Shown: positions 10,008 to 20,509, numbered from the stretch's first letter. The stretch: 64,000 nt of DNA from an uncultured Opitutus sp. (GCA_966252355.1 CBINOT010000001.1:724-64723), one strand, 5' to 3'. Notes: a model not told the origin generated them from the sequence alone. Program-made: numbers and translations.

Positions 10008-12290
10008 TCATGCTAAATTCGCCGGTGCGGCGTCAGTAGGTGCGCGACCGATGGCCGCTACGCTTTCGTCCGAGCGCGCCGCGGCGGGAAGCTTGAACCA
10101 AAAGCGGCTGCCATTCACGCCATCCGAATCGACGCCGACGGTTCCGCCCATCCGTTCGACCGCCCGTTTGACGATCGCGAGCCCGATGCCGGTGCCTTCA
10201 TAGCGCTTGTCGGCCGTGACGCGCTCGAACAGCCCGAAAAGCCGGGTCTGATGCTCCGGCTTGATGCCGATGCCGTTGTCGCGCACCTCGGTGCGGATAA
10301 AGTCGCCGTCGTTTTGGAACGTGACCGCGATTTCCGGCTTCTTTTCCGGCGCGATGAACTTCAGCGCATTGCCGAATAGGTTGGCGAAGATCTGGGTCAG
10401 GAAAGCCTCGTTGCCCAGCACCGTCGCGGTGTCCGCGGGGATGACGATCGCCTTCGCCGACTGAAATTCCAGCGACTGCTGCACGACATGCGTCGCGATC
10501 TCCGACAGCGAAAGCGGCTGCAGGTCCAGCCGGTCGCGGTTCACGCGCGCGTAGGCCAGCACATCCGTGATCATCCGATTCATCCGGTCGCAGGAGCGGA
10601 TGATGCGGTCGACAAAATGCGCGCCCTCCTCGTCGAGCCGTGGCGCATAATCGCTCTGCAGAATGCGTGCGTAGCCGGACATGGCGCGCAGCGGCGCGCG
10701 CAAATCGTGCGAGACGGTGTAGGAAAACGTCTCCATTTGGCTGAGGAGATCCGTGAGCGACGCGGTTCGTTCGCGCACGCGCTCCTCCAGCGCGAGATTC
10801 GACGCGGCCAGTTGTTCGCGCACCCTAGCCAACGCCTGCGCATTCGCTTTCTGCTCGGTGATGTCGCGCGCGATCTTCGAGGCGCCGACGATCCGCCCTT
10901 GCGCGTCGCGCATCGGCGAAATCGTGAGCGAGACATCGAGGAACGTGCCGTCTTTGCGGCGGCGCACCGTCTCGTAGTGCTCGATGCGGTCGCCGCGGCG
11001 GAGCCGGCCGAGGATCATGTCCTCTTCGTGCAGGCGCTCCTCCGGGATCAAGAGGGTGATGGACTTGCCGATGACGTCCTCGCGCCGGTAGCCGAAAATG
11101 CGCTCCGCCGCCGGATTCCACGAGAGGATGATGCTGTCGAGGTTCTTGCTGATGATCGCGTCGTCGGAGCCCTCCACGATGGCGGCGCCATGGCGGCTCG
11201 CGCTTTCCACGCGCCGTTGCTCCGTCACGTCGCGCGAGAAGCACTGCGTATGGACGAAGCGGTCGCCATCCCAGAGGACGCTGGAATCGATGAGGACGGT
11301 CTTGATCGTGCCGTCCTTGCATCGGACGCGCGCTTCGTACTCGCGCAGTTTCTCGCCACGGCAAAGCCGCGTCAGGATGTCGTCGATCGTCGGCGCGTCG
11401 GCATGAAACTCCGAAATGTGATGGCCGACGTATTCGTCCCAGTTGTAGCCGAGCAATTCCAGCTCCGCGCGATTTGCCCAGATGATCCGACCGTCCGCGT
11501 CCACCCAGTGCAGGCCGATCGTGGCGGACTCGACGAAGGCCGTGAGCTCCCGCTCGCGTTGGCGCAGCTTTTCCTCGGCGCGCGTGCGTTCCGCCATCTC
11601 GGCGGCCAGCGCCGCTGCCCGCTGCTGCAGCGCCGCGACTTGCCGGAGTTGTTCATCGCTCAGGCCCGCCTGCGGCTGGAACGCTTCGGTGGGAATCACC
11701 CGCTGATGTGTCCGACAGATATCGGCAAAATGACGCGCGGCGGGATGCGAGGTGAATCCCTTGATGGAATACGCGCAAAAAAGTTTGAAGCGAAAGTCGC
11801 CGGCGAGCCGGTTCCAGAACTCTTCCAGTCGGATCGCCTCGTCCGGCTTTCCGCGCTCCCAGAGCAACGCGACCATCTCGCCGAAGGCCCACAATTCGTC
11901 GCCGCTGGCGGCTAGTTCGGCGACGAGGCCGCCGATCACCTCGCGAAACCGCGTCTCGTCGGGAATGCCGTTGCGGCAGAAGCGGGCCAAGGTCGCGTCG
12001 GCGTCGAGCTGCACGTACCGGCGGTTGGCGATCAATTCGCCGACCGGGCATCCCGCCGTCGCGAGCCATTTGTCGATCTCCGTCGCATGGGCTTTCGTCG
12101 CAATGACCACGGCGCGGGCGCCTTTCTGGAAGCCGTCGTTCAGAAACCGCGCGACCGACTCGTTGAGGTAACTATCCTGTTCGTAGAACTGGACAAAATG
12201 ATCGCCGCCGCCGCAAGGGCAGCTGGGCACGCTGGGAGCAAGGCCATCGCGTGCTGCGCGTTTCGAGCGCGGCTGAGGGGAAGCAATCAT
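10008..12290 (-). CDS. MEDS-PAS-PAS sensor histidine kinase
   Basis: MEDS (HFVQFYE...FGEMVALLW...LFCAY), two PAS domains, H-box SHDLRAPL, N-box [10 protein letters not shown]-boxes DNGIGI and GTGIGL. Start is ATG 12290 or an upstream alternative at 12338. Confidence 0.92.
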   Translation of the reverse strand: MIASPQPRSKRAARDGLAPSVPSCPCGGGDHFVQFYEQDSYLNESVARFLNDGFQKGARAVVIATKAHATEIDKWLATAGCPVGELIANRRYVQLDADATLARFCRNGIPDETRFREVIGGLVAELAASGDELWAFGEMVALLWERGKPDEAIRLEEFWNRLAGDFRFKLFCAYSIKGFTSHPAARHFADICRTHQRVIPTEAFQPQAGLSDEQLRQVAALQQRAAALAAEMAERTRAEEKLRQRERELTAFVESATIGLHWVDADGRIIWANRAELELLGYNWDEYVGHHISEFHADAPTIDDILTRLCRGEKLREYEARVRCKDGTIKTVLIDSSVLWDGDRFVHTQCFSRDVTEQRRVESASRHGAAIVEGSDDAIISKNLDSIILSWNPAAERIFGYRREDVIGKSITLLIPEERLHEEDMILGRLRRGDRIEHYETVRRRKDGTFLDVSLTISPMRDAQGRIVGASKIARDITEQKANAQALARVREQLAASNLALEERVRERTASLTDLLSQMETFSYTVSHDLRAPLRAMSGYARILQSDYAPRLDEEGAHFVDRIIRSCDRMNRMITDVLAYARVNRDRLDLQPLSLSEIATHVVQQSLEFQSAKAIVIPADTATVLGNEAFLTQIFANLFGNALKFIAPEKKPEIAVTFQNDGDFIRTEVRDNGIGIKPEHQTRLFGLFERVTADKRYEGTGIGLAIVKRAVERMGGTVGVDSDGVNGSRFWFKLPAAARSDESVAAIGRAPTDAAPANLA

Positions 12291-12424
12291 TCGTGGGTCG
12301 GGCTGATGGCGCGGTGTACGCCGGGAGGCGACAGCCAACTATAGGCGGTTTCCCTTCGAGCCACTATCGGAGTTTCTCCCAAAGCGGGTCCGGACCAACC
12401 GCCCCCCGCGTTGGACGCGGCCGC

Positions 12425-13213
12425 CTATTTTTTCGGCGGCGAGAGCAGCATCCGCTCGATCTTTTTGAACACCGCCGCGTCGATCACGACCTGCCAGCCA
12501 TCGGCATTTTGCTTGAGCGCGATGCTGCCGATTGGCTTCTGCAATCCACCCACGTTCAACGTCGCTTCGCCGCCGGTGACGCTTCGATTGATGACGCGGA
12601 TGCCCGTGAGATCGTTCACCACTTGGCCGATAAAGAGCGCCCCCAGGGATTCGGGCGTCGGATACTTCGCGCGGCTGGCTTCGGGCAGCGTGGCAATCGC
12701 GGCCTCCGCCAGCGTGCGCGCCGCGCCGTCGAACTTCAGGGTGAGTTGCACCATGTCGTCGTGCCCCTGCGCCGCCGCCCAGATCAGCGTTTGCAGTGCG
12801 TTCTCCGGCGTGGCGCGTCCGACGTCCGTGCAGTTTTCGATCAGCACCGGCCCTTTGGCCAAGTCTCGGTTCGCCTCCAACGCCGCGGTCCGTTCGCGGC
12901 TCTGCCGGTTTATCGTCTCGTGCTCGGCGCCGGCTTTCTGTTCGAGCTCCGCAATTTCGCGCTGCACCCGGGAAACGTCGCTGCGCACCGCGGCCGTCGC
13001 TTCCCGGCGGTCGCGTCGGCCCAGCTCGATCACTTCCTTCATGCGCACGTTTTCCGCGAGCCAGCGTTCCTTTCCCGCCGCCTGCAAACGCAATGCGGTG
13101 AGCTGCGCCGCCAGCCGATCGTGCTCCACGTGCAGCCGTCGGTAGGCGATCCCGGAGAGCGTGCCCGCGCCGACCAGCAGCGCGACGAGCGTGAGAACGA
13201 AGTTCCTGCTCAT
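12425..13213 (-). CDS. Membrane-anchored hypothetical protein, paralog of the ECF C-terminal extension
   Basis: ATG 13213 overlaps the ECF stop (ATGA). TM segment, coiled coil, then GRATPENALQTLIWAAAQG and RAKYPTPE, which resemble GWDTPAAAFETTMWAFLQG and RAQYPTPE in the ECF tail. Confidence 0.8.
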   Translation of the reverse strand: MSRNFVLTLVALLVGAGTLSGIAYRRLHVEHDRLAAQLTALRLQAAGKERWLAENVRMKEVIELGRRDRREATAAVRSDVSRVQREIAELEQKAGAEHETINRQSRERTAALEANRDLAKGPVLIENCTDVGRATPENALQTLIWAAAQGHDDMVQLTLKFDGAARTLAEAAIATLPEASRAKYPTPESLGALFIGQVVNDLTGIRVINRSVTGGEATLNVGGLQKPIGSIALKQNADGWQVVIDAAVFKKIERMLLSPPKK

Positions 13214-14646
13214 GGGTTTTTCGCCTCCTTCGGGCGGAGCTGGCCGGTGGCTGGATCGACGTTCGCCAGCAGGCGGCCCACGATTTCCGCCGTGTGCGAC
13301 GCCCCGACCGCCCAGCCGTTCGGCGTGCGCTCCATGCGCAGCACCGTGCCGTGCTCCTTGCCGTTGGCGTCGACGCCCCACGCTCGGATCTGCCTGGGCT
13401 CCGGACCGTCGATCCACTCCGTGGCGACGACTTGGAGCTTGTGCGGCATCGCCTGGAGGCTGGGCAGCGAGCCGTCGTACCAGGCGTGAGCCACGAAAAG
13501 CTCGGGCGTCGGATACTGCGCCCGCACGGCCGGCGCGAGGGTCGAATAGAACGCATCGACTTGCGCTTTGGTTTTCGCGTCGAACACGAGGCTGCGCCCC
13601 ATCGTTTGCCAGTCTCCCTGTAGGAATGCCCACATCGTCGTTTCGAACGCGGCGGCCGGAGTGTCCCAGCCGCGATTGGCCGGCGGCTTCAACTCGGCGT
13701 CGAGCACGCCCGGCGGACGCGCCTGCAAGATCGCGGCGCGCGCCCGCAGCTGCGCGAGGCGGCCGGCGTCGTCGGCCGCCTCCTCGTCCACGGCGGACGC
13801 CATCGCCTTCGCCAGCGTCGCGTGCTCGACCTCGACGTGTTTGATCGTCGCGCGTTGCCCGGCGTTGGCCGTGTTCAGTTCGCGATTGGCGTAAACCTGC
13901 ACCAACGGTGGCGACAACAGCACCGCCAGCGCCGCCGCGGCGATGAGGGTCGTTTTGAATTTGCTCATGGTAAGAAGGGTCGCGGCGGCGAGGCCCCAAG
14001 CGGGCGCGCTGCACGCGGCGCCGCACACCGCGGAGGCAAGGCCCGCCGGCACCGCCGCGGCGGCCGGGTGGGAAAGCCCGCCGACCAGCGCGGCCGCCGT
14101 CGAGGCGATCCCGCGGCGTTCCAGCGCTCGCCGCAGTTTTTCCAGCGCGCGATCCACGCGCATGCGTGCCGCGCTTTCCGAGATCCGCAATCGCTCGCCG
14201 ATTTCGCGAAAGCCTTGCCGCTCGAAAAACCGCGCGAGAATCGCCTCGCGGTCGCGGTCGCCGAGCGCGTCGAGGGCCTCATCGATGACCGGCTGCAACT
14301 CTTCCCACCGCGCCTGATCGTTGGAGGATTCGAGGGAATTCATGTGGTAGGCGGCGGTTTCGCGGTGGCGCTGCCGCGCTTCGCGGCGGGCGAGGTCGAG
14401 GGCGGCATGCCGGGTCGCCACGTGCAGCCAGCCGGCCAGCGACGGGTGCCGCGCGAGCGCGGTCGCCCGGCGGGCCGCGGCGGTGAACACGCGCTGGGCG
14501 ATTTCCGCGGCGCGATGCGGATCGCCCCCGGTCCGGCGCAGCGCGGTGTGGTAGACGAACGAAAGGTGGCGCGCGACGAATGCCGCGAAGTCCGCTTCCG
14601 CGCGGCTTTCGGCGTACGAGCGCAGCAACTCGGCATCTGATTTCAT
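13210..14646 (-). CDS. ECF sigma factor with transmembrane and extracytoplasmic C-terminal extension
   Basis: MKSDAELL...AGWLHVATRHAALD (region 2) and IDEALDALGDRDREAILARFF...IGERLRISESAARMRVDRAL (region 4), followed by a TM segment and a ~200-aa tail. Confidence 0.9.
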   Translation of the reverse strand: MKSDAELLRSYAESRAEADFAAFVARHLSFVYHTALRRTGGDPHRAAEIAQRVFTAAARRATALARHPSLAGWLHVATRHAALDLARREARQRHRETAAYHMNSLESSNDQARWEELQPVIDEALDALGDRDREAILARFFERQGFREIGERLRISESAARMRVDRALEKLRRALERRGIASTAAALVGGLSHPAAAAVPAGLASAVCGAACSAPAWGLAAATLLTMSKFKTTLIAAAALAVLLSPPLVQVYANRELNTANAGQRATIKHVEVEHATLAKAMASAVDEEAADDAGRLAQLRARAAILQARPPGVLDAELKPPANRGWDTPAAAFETTMWAFLQGDWQTMGRSLVFDAKTKAQVDAFYSTLAPAVRAQYPTPELFVAHAWYDGSLPSLQAMPHKLQVVATEWIDGPEPRQIRAWGVDANGKEHGTVLRMERTPNGWAVGASHTAEIVGRLLANVDPATGQLRPKEAKNP

Positions 14647-14742
14647 TCGCGTATACCCTTTTAAGCGCCGCCGCGCCGAACAACCGCACATTTAATTCAC
14701 GTGCGAACCCGCGGTCGCGGGCTTCCGAGTCCGCGAGCAGCG

Positions 14743-15576
14743 TCAGCCGTCTCGACGCTCACGCGCGCGCTGCAGCCGCTCCGCTTCCCGTTGCGTCAAT
14801 TCGCGCGCCGCCTGCTGCTCTTGCGCCTCGATCGCTTTCTTCTCCGCCGGAGTAAAAAGCAGCTGCGCCGGGACTTTGGCGCCGCAGAAGCTGCACAAGG
14901 GCGAGTGCCGCGAGAGCAGGGGTTTTTTGCACGCCGGACACACCGGCCGCGCTGGTGGCGCTGAGGTGGAGGATGCCGGCCTGGCCGCTTGGGGGACGGG
15001 CGCGGAATCCATCCAGGGCACCGGTTTTTCCCACGCGTAACCGCATAACGAAACAGGCTCGATGGGCTTCGCGGCTTTGAGCCGAATACCGGCCTGATCG
15101 AGCAGCGCCTGCCAGTCTGCGCCGGCCGAAATCCCTGGGGCCGTCGCTTCAGGTGCTTGTTGGACGGCGCGCAGACACGTTCGGAACCCGGCTTCGGCGG
15201 TCGCCGCTTCGTGCATCATCCAAAGCTCGACCGGCTCCACCGCGAACCATCGACCTGGTGCCGACTGCAAAAATGCGGCGTACGCGGAAAACAACGACGG
15301 CTGCACCGAGGCGAAAAGCGATCGGCTGCGCTCTTGGAAGGCCGTGAGTCGCTCGAGCGCATCCGGGCGCGTGGATTGGAATACGGGGTAGACGACCGTG
15401 CCGCCGTCTGCGCCGGCCGCGGTCCGTTGTGCGAGACACGACTCATCGAACAAAGCATACCAGAACACCGGAATCATGTAGCTTGCCGCCGCCAAAATCC
15501 CGGGCGCGACGTCCGCGTCCGCACGCAGCCCGCTGTACGGTTCATCGGTCGCGAGAAGAAAAGTTCGGTTCGCCAT
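14743..15576 (-). CDS. Hypothetical protein with C-terminal zinc ribbon
   Basis: Coding-like ORF; CPAC-x9-CSFC near the C-terminus followed by a charged helix. Confidence 0.6.
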   Translation of the reverse strand: MANRTFLLATDEPYSGLRADADVAPGILAAASYMIPVFWYALFDESCLAQRTAAGADGGTVVYPVFQSTRPDALERLTAFQERSRSLFASVQPSLFSAYAAFLQSAPGRWFAVEPVELWMMHEAATAEAGFRTCLRAVQQAPEATAPGISAGADWQALLDQAGIRLKAAKPIEPVSLCGYAWEKPVPWMDSAPVPQAARPASSTSAPPARPVCPACKKPLLSRHSPLCSFCGAKVPAQLLFTPAEKKAIEAQEQQAARELTQREAERLQRARERRDG

Positions 15577-15743
15577 GAAAAGGACGAGGAAGAGGGCGCC
15601 GCGCGCCTAGGAAGCGAGACGTCGACTAAAACCGGCCATCGATTTTGCGCGAGCCCGATTCCCGCGATCCGGCGAACGGACATTCCTGGCGTCGAATACG
15701 ATTTATGCTGCTCGGACGCCGCCGGCCCGAATAGTCGCGAGAC

Positions 15744-16070
15744 ATGAAAAAGGTTTTTCGTTTCTCGGCGCCCGGCAAAGCCGATGCACGCGTCGTGGAA
15801 GGCGTCAAAAGCGAGCTGCGCAAATACGTGCAGCGCGAACGCCGCAAGACGCTGCCGGAAGGCTTCGATGTCTGGACGTTCGCTTGCCGCGTGGGCGCGA
15901 CCGAGGCGACGGCGGCGCCCTGCCAGGTTCCGGACCTTAGCGCCGCGATCGATGCGGTGGTCCGCAGCGGCGGCACTGAAGCTTACGTCGAAATCGTGGC
16001 GACGCCGGGACATCGCGTGCCGCGCGCGACGACACCCGCCGACGCCCCCGCCCCCGACGCGGGGACCTGA
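15744..16070 (+). CDS. DUF6172-like small protein
   Basis: MKKVF...[24 protein letters not shown] pattern, recognised from memory. Confidence 0.65.
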   Translation: MKKVFRFSAPGKADARVVEGVKSELRKYVQRERRKTLPEGFDVWTFACRVGATEATAAPCQVPDLSAAIDAVVRSGGTEAYVEIVATPGHRVPRATTPADAPAPDAGT

Positions 16071-16072
16071 GC

Positions 16073-16300
16073 ATGCCCGCCGGACCGTCCAAGGACCCGC
16101 TCCATGGCGTCACGCTCGAGCGCCTGCTGACCGAACTCGTCGACGAATTTGGCTGGGAAACGCTCGCCGCGCACGTCGACATCCGCTGCTTCCGCTTCGA
16201 TCCGAGCATCAAGTCCAGCCTGGTTTTTCTGCGCAAAACGCCCTGGGCCCGCGCCAAGGTCGAGCAGTACTACGTGCAGTGGAAGACGCGTTCGCCGTAG
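16073..16300 (+). CDS. VF530/DUF2132 family protein
   Basis: [10 protein letters not shown]...GWE.L...[24 protein letters not shown] signature. Confidence 0.9.
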   Translation: MPAGPSKDPLHGVTLERLLTELVDEFGWETLAAHVDIRCFRFDPSIKSSLVFLRKTPWARAKVEQYYVQWKTRSP

Positions 16301-16397
16301 CGACGATCGACCGCGCGGCCCTGGGGTAGGGCATCGGAGCTGGCCGACGCGCGCGCAGCGTGTCGAACCCAGCCGACGGATAATGGTCTGTCGGCCT

Positions 16398-16907
16398 ATG
16401 TCTAAAATCTCATCTCCACGTGACCTTTTGGTCGAAGAACTGAAAGACCTCTACAGCGCCGAGAACCAGCTGACCAAGGCGCTGCCGAAAATGGCGAAAG
16501 CTGCGTCGAGCGACGAACTGCGCGAGGCTTTCGAGACCCACCTCAAAGAAACCGAAGAGCACATCAGCCGGCTCGAGCGGATCGGGCGGCAGCTCGGCGA
16601 ATCGATGAAAGGGAAAAAGTGCAAAGCGATGGCCGGCCTGATCGAGGAGGGCAAAGAGATCATGGAGGAAGACGCCGAGCCTTCCCTGCTGGATTTGGCG
16701 CTGATCGGCGCCGCCCAAAAGGTCGAGCATTACGAAATCTCCGCGTATGGCACCGCCCGCACCCTGGCGGAAATTGTCGGCGAAACGAAGATCGCGGCGA
16801 CCTTGCAGGAGACGCTCGATGAAGAGGGCAAGACCGACAAGCTCCTCACCGATATCGCCATGGAACTCAACCTCGAGGCGGTCGCAGCTGGCGAAGAGGA
16901 AGAGTGA
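16398..16907 (+). CDS. Ferritin-like DUF892 (YciE/YciF-type) stress protein
   Basis: ELKDLYSAENQL...HLKETEEH...CKAMAGLIEEG...QKVEHYEISAYG...EEGKTD. Confidence 0.92.
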   Translation: MSKISSPRDLLVEELKDLYSAENQLTKALPKMAKAASSDELREAFETHLKETEEHISRLERIGRQLGESMKGKKCKAMAGLIEEGKEIMEEDAEPSLLDLALIGAAQKVEHYEISAYGTARTLAEIVGETKIAATLQETLDEEGKTDKLLTDIAMELNLEAVAAGEEEE

Positions 16908-17152
16908 GCCTTCTCGCCGAAATATTCGAGTCCGCCTGCCTTTAGCCCAGCGCCCGGAAGAACCTTGCGGTTATTCCGGGCGCGGGCGGCTCGAATGCTC
17001 CCGCGTTCCAGGGTGACACATTGTAGTTTCCCGAGCCCGACGCCGTTGCGGACCCAGTCCAGTTCCGAACGAAAGCGTTCGCGCGGCTGACCCAGCTGGC
17101 AGCGCGCCGGGATCGGGCTTGGCAGCGGGTAAGCCGTGTGCCTACCTGCGGG

Positions 17153-17401
17153 ATGAATTACCGGACGAAAGCGGAGTACTTCATTCAAGGCATCACCAAA
17201 GGCTTCGTCGACGCCGCCGAGGTGATCGCGTGGGCCGACGAGGTGATCGTGGCCGCGCCCGCGACCGAAGACTGGATGCTCGACATCTCGACGTGTTCGC
17301 CGAGCGATCGCAACGCGGTGCTGGGCTATCTGAACACGATCAAAGGGGAGGTCGACGCGGCCGAGCTCGCCGCGCTATTGCGCGCGAAGGGCGTGGCGTA
17401 A
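17153..17401 (+). CDS. Small hypothetical protein
   Basis: 82-aa ORF with good codon pattern (VIAWADEVI...WMLDIS). Confidence 0.6.
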   Translation: MNYRTKAEYFIQGITKGFVDAAEVIAWADEVIVAAPATEDWMLDISTCSPSDRNAVLGYLNTIKGEVDAAELAALLRAKGVA

Positions 17402-17416
17402 TCGACGCTCCGCGCC

Positions 17417-17644
17417 ATGGAGCTGCCTGAAGCCGAAAAAGATTTCCTGCGCGAGCTGGTTAAAACGGCACGCCAGCGTTCGCAGCACGTGAAGTGGACG
17501 GATCGCGACGGCACCGCGCGGATCACGACGTTGTCGGCCGCCGACGCGACTCGTCTCGATGCTCTCGCCCGCCAGTTGGGCGTTTCTCGGGACAACGTGC
17601 TCCGCCAGGCCGCCCATCTGCCCGCCTTGAAACGACCGACATAA
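17417..17644 (+). CDS. Small hypothetical protein with possible ribbon-helix-helix (CopG-like) C-terminus
   Basis: ITTLSAADATRLDALARQLGVSRDNVLRQA resembles an RHH pattern. Confidence 0.55.
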   Translation: MELPEAEKDFLRELVKTARQRSQHVKWTDRDGTARITTLSAADATRLDALARQLGVSRDNVLRQAAHLPALKRPT

Positions 17645-17646
17645 GC

Positions 17647-17796
17647 GAGGTAGCGGTCGTCGTCCCGAGGATGCGGTAGGGCCTGACCTCCGGGCGGGTC
17701 GCTCCGAAAATCCGTCTTCGGGTCAGGCTCGAAGTCCGGGCGAGCCAATCCAAACTACGTCGGGGCGTCGGCTGCCCGGAGGTCAGGCCCCCTACC
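17647..17796. repeat. Cluster of GTAG-type REP-like elements (inverted pair)
   Basis: GGTAGGGCCTGACCTCCGGGC (17675-17695) is inverted against 17774-17796 with a 2-G indel. GAGGTAGCGGTCGTCGTCCC (17647-17666) resembles the units at 57310-57374. Confidence 0.6.
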
Positions 17797-18003
17797 CGGA
17801 TCGGTGCCGGACGCGCCTCGTTCGCGGCAGCCGCGCATCCGATCCTCGTCCTCGTCCCGCCCATTCGCGCTACCGGATTCCCGGTAGCAGTCGGGCGTGA
17901 CAAGTATCGTTGGGGGGATAACCGTACGAATTCGTATGCTTCCAATGCCCGTTTGCTGCGGTCCGCATTTCGCCGAGCCGATCGGCTAGAACCGACGGCG
18001 CAC

Positions 18004-19797
18004 ATGCAAAAGACACTGGAGCACCCCGAGCTTTTATTCCGGGCGGTGTTTGAGGCAGCAAACGACGCCATTCTCGTGCTCGATGGGGAGCTCAACGTGC
18101 TGGCATGTAATCGGCGCGCCGAGGAATTATATGGATGGAGCGGCGCGGAGATGGTGCGGAAGAATCTCCGCGATCTGCGAGCGGTGGAAACTCGTCCTTT
18201 GCTTGCCGAGCAGATCCGGCGCGCGCTGCTTGCCGGTGCCGGGCGGTGGGAAACGATTCATGAACGGGCGAATGGGACCAAGATCGACGTCGAAGTGACC
18301 ACCCGCGCCTTTTGCATCACCGGATCCCAGCGGTTCGTGCACATTGTCCGGGACATATCGTTGCAACGGCGGGCGGCCGCCGTGCTGCGCGACGGGGAGC
18401 GGCGGTTGCGGTTGTTGGTGACGCAGTTGCCGGCGTCGCTGTGGACGATGGACCGCAGCCTGCAGTTTACGTCGATCACCGGGTCGCTGGCCGCGAAACT
18501 GGGGCTAGAGCCTTCCAAGATCGTCGGCACGAAGCTTTCCGCGTATGTCGCGCCCGAGTCTTTGGCCGATCGGGCGCACCAGAACGCCTTGCGCGGTGTG
18601 GCCGGCAGCTACCTGACCAAGTTCCACGCGCATTGGCTCGAGTGCCACGTCGAGCCTCTCCTGGACGAAGCGGGGGCGATTTGCGGGTGCGTCGGGATGG
18701 CGGTCGACGTCAGCGAGCGAACGGCGGCGGAAGAAAATACGAGATTCCAGGCCTCGCTCCTCGAACAGGTGCGGCATGCGATTGTCGCCACGGACTGCAA
18801 AGGACGCGTGACATACTGGAGCAAATTCGCGGAGACCCTTTATTTCTGGTCGGCCGCGGAAGCTTTGGGCCGAGACCTCGTCGAGCTCACGTTCCCGCCC
18901 GAATCGCGGTCCCACGCTGGAGAAATCATGGCCGCGGTTGTCGCCGGCAAGGCGTGGTCCGGCGAGTTTCGCGTGCGCCGGAAAGACGAAGTGTCGTTCG
19001 ACGCGCATTTGATCTGCTCTCCGCTGCTCGATCGAGCTGGCCAGCCCATTGGGATCGTCGGCGTGAGCTTCGATATTACGGTCGAGAAAAACGCGCAGGA
19101 CGAACTCCGGCGGTCGCAAGCACAGCTCCGCGCGTTGGCGGAGCGCGTGAATGCGGTGCGCGAGGACGAGGCCAAGCGGATCGCGCGGGAGCTCCATGAT
19201 GTGCTGGGACAGCAATTGACGGCGTTGAAAATGGAACTGGCGCTGCTGCTGGATCCTCGCTTCTCCGCCCCGACCGATGCCCGCCAGCCCAGCGCGCAGG
19301 TCATGGCGCTGGTCGAGCGGAGCATCGAAACGGTGCAAAAAATTTCCGGCAAACTGCGCCACGCTCACCTGGAACGCCTGGGGCTGGCGGCGGCGATGCA
19401 AGCGGAGCTCGACGATTTTCGCGCCCGTGCCGGCATCCGCGGGGGCACGGCGCGATTGGACGAAACCTTGGAGGTCGATGACGGAACCGCGGTGGCGGTC
19501 TTCCGTATTTTCCAGGAATCCCTCACCAACATCGCGCGCCATGCCCACGCCACCGCGGTCCATGTCACGCTGGGTCGGCAAAACGGCAAGCTGTGGCTCG
19601 AAGTGCGCGACAACGGTCGCGGTTGCTCGGCCGCGCTGCGCGCCGACGGCGGCCGGCTCGGACTCCTGGGCATGCGCGAGCGAGCGCAGGCGTTGGGCGG
19701 TCGCGTGCAAGTCGACAGCCAGGAAGGCGCCGGTACTCGAGTGACGGTCGAGATCCCTCTTTGTCATGACGAAAAAACCCGCGTCTTCGCCCGCTAA
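18004..19797 (+). CDS. Triple-PAS sensor histidine kinase, HisKA_3 (NarX/UhpB) type
   Basis: Three PAS domains; ERxRIARELHDVLGQ H-box; QESLTNIARHA; DNGRG; LGLLGMRERA. Confidence 0.92.
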   Translation: MQKTLEHPELLFRAVFEAANDAILVLDGELNVLACNRRAEELYGWSGAEMVRKNLRDLRAVETRPLLAEQIRRALLAGAGRWETIHERANGTKIDVEVTTRAFCITGSQRFVHIVRDISLQRRAAAVLRDGERRLRLLVTQLPASLWTMDRSLQFTSITGSLAAKLGLEPSKIVGTKLSAYVAPESLADRAHQNALRGVAGSYLTKFHAHWLECHVEPLLDEAGAICGCVGMAVDVSERTAAEENTRFQASLLEQVRHAIVATDCKGRVTYWSKFAETLYFWSAAEALGRDLVELTFPPESRSHAGEIMAAVVAGKAWSGEFRVRRKDEVSFDAHLICSPLLDRAGQPIGIVGVSFDITVEKNAQDELRRSQAQLRALAERVNAVREDEAKRIARELHDVLGQQLTALKMELALLLDPRFSAPTDARQPSAQVMALVERSIETVQKISGKLRHAHLERLGLAAAMQAELDDFRARAGIRGGTARLDETLEVDDGTAVAVFRIFQESLTNIARHAHATAVHVTLGRQNGKLWLEVRDNGRGCSAALRADGGRLGLLGMRERAQALGGRVQVDSQEGAGTRVTVEIPLCHDEKTRVFAR

Positions 19798-20428
19798 GGC
19801 CAAGGTTTTGCTCGCGGACGACCACGAGTTGATCCGCGACGCGCTCAAGCGCATCCTGCTCCACACGGGCCGCATAGGATGCGTCGGCGAGGCGAAAAAC
19901 GCCGCTGAAACGCTCTCGCTGGTCCGGGAGAAAACGTGGGATGCGGTGATTCTCGATATCAACCTGCCTGGACGGAGCGGCATCGACGTGCTCAAAGAAA
20001 TCAAGGCGCAGCGCCCCAGCCTGCCGGTGCTGATTTTGACGATGTATTCGGAAGACCAGTTTGCGGTCCGCGTGCTGCGAGCCGGTGCGGCCGGCTATAT
20101 CACCAAATCGGAGGCTCCCTCCACCATCGTGGAGGCCATCGAGCGCGTGATTGCCGGCGGCAGATATATCACTGCTGGGGTGGCCCAAAAGCTGGCCGAA
20201 GCGATCGGCCAGCCTAGCAGCGGCTCGCCGCACGAGACGCTTTCCGATCGTGAAAACGAGATTTTTCGCCGCATCGCGCGCGGCGAGACGGTGAGTGAGA
20301 TCGCGGCCGCGCTTCATTTGAGCGTGAAGACGGTGAGCGGCTACCGCGCGAATGCCCTGCGCAAGCTGGGCGTGCACAACAACGCGCAATTGATGCGCTA
20401 CGCTCACGACCACGCTCTGATCGATTAG
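19766..20428 (+). CDS. NarL/LuxR-family response regulator
   Basis: LLADDH...ILDINLPG receiver and LSDRENEIF...GETVSEIAAALHLSVKTVSGYR helix-turn-helix. Confidence 0.95.
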   Translation: MTKKPASSPAKAKVLLADDHELIRDALKRILLHTGRIGCVGEAKNAAETLSLVREKTWDAVILDINLPGRSGIDVLKEIKAQRPSLPVLILTMYSEDQFAVRVLRAGAAGYITKSEAPSTIVEAIERVIAGGRYITAGVAQKLAEAIGQPSSGSPHETLSDRENEIFRRIARGETVSEIAAALHLSVKTVSGYRANALRKLGVHNNAQLMRYAHDHALID

Positions 20429-20509
20429 GCTGCGCCCCAGACAAACACGGGGGCAAGATCGCGCCCTCCGCCGGTTTCGGCCGGGTTCGGGCTCCGCTAT
20501 AGTGACGGG

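Noticed and set aside
13214-14026. N-terminal half of the 533-aa ORF 12425..14026
   Set aside because: It overlaps the ECF gene out of frame. The ATGA coupling marks the real start at 13213.
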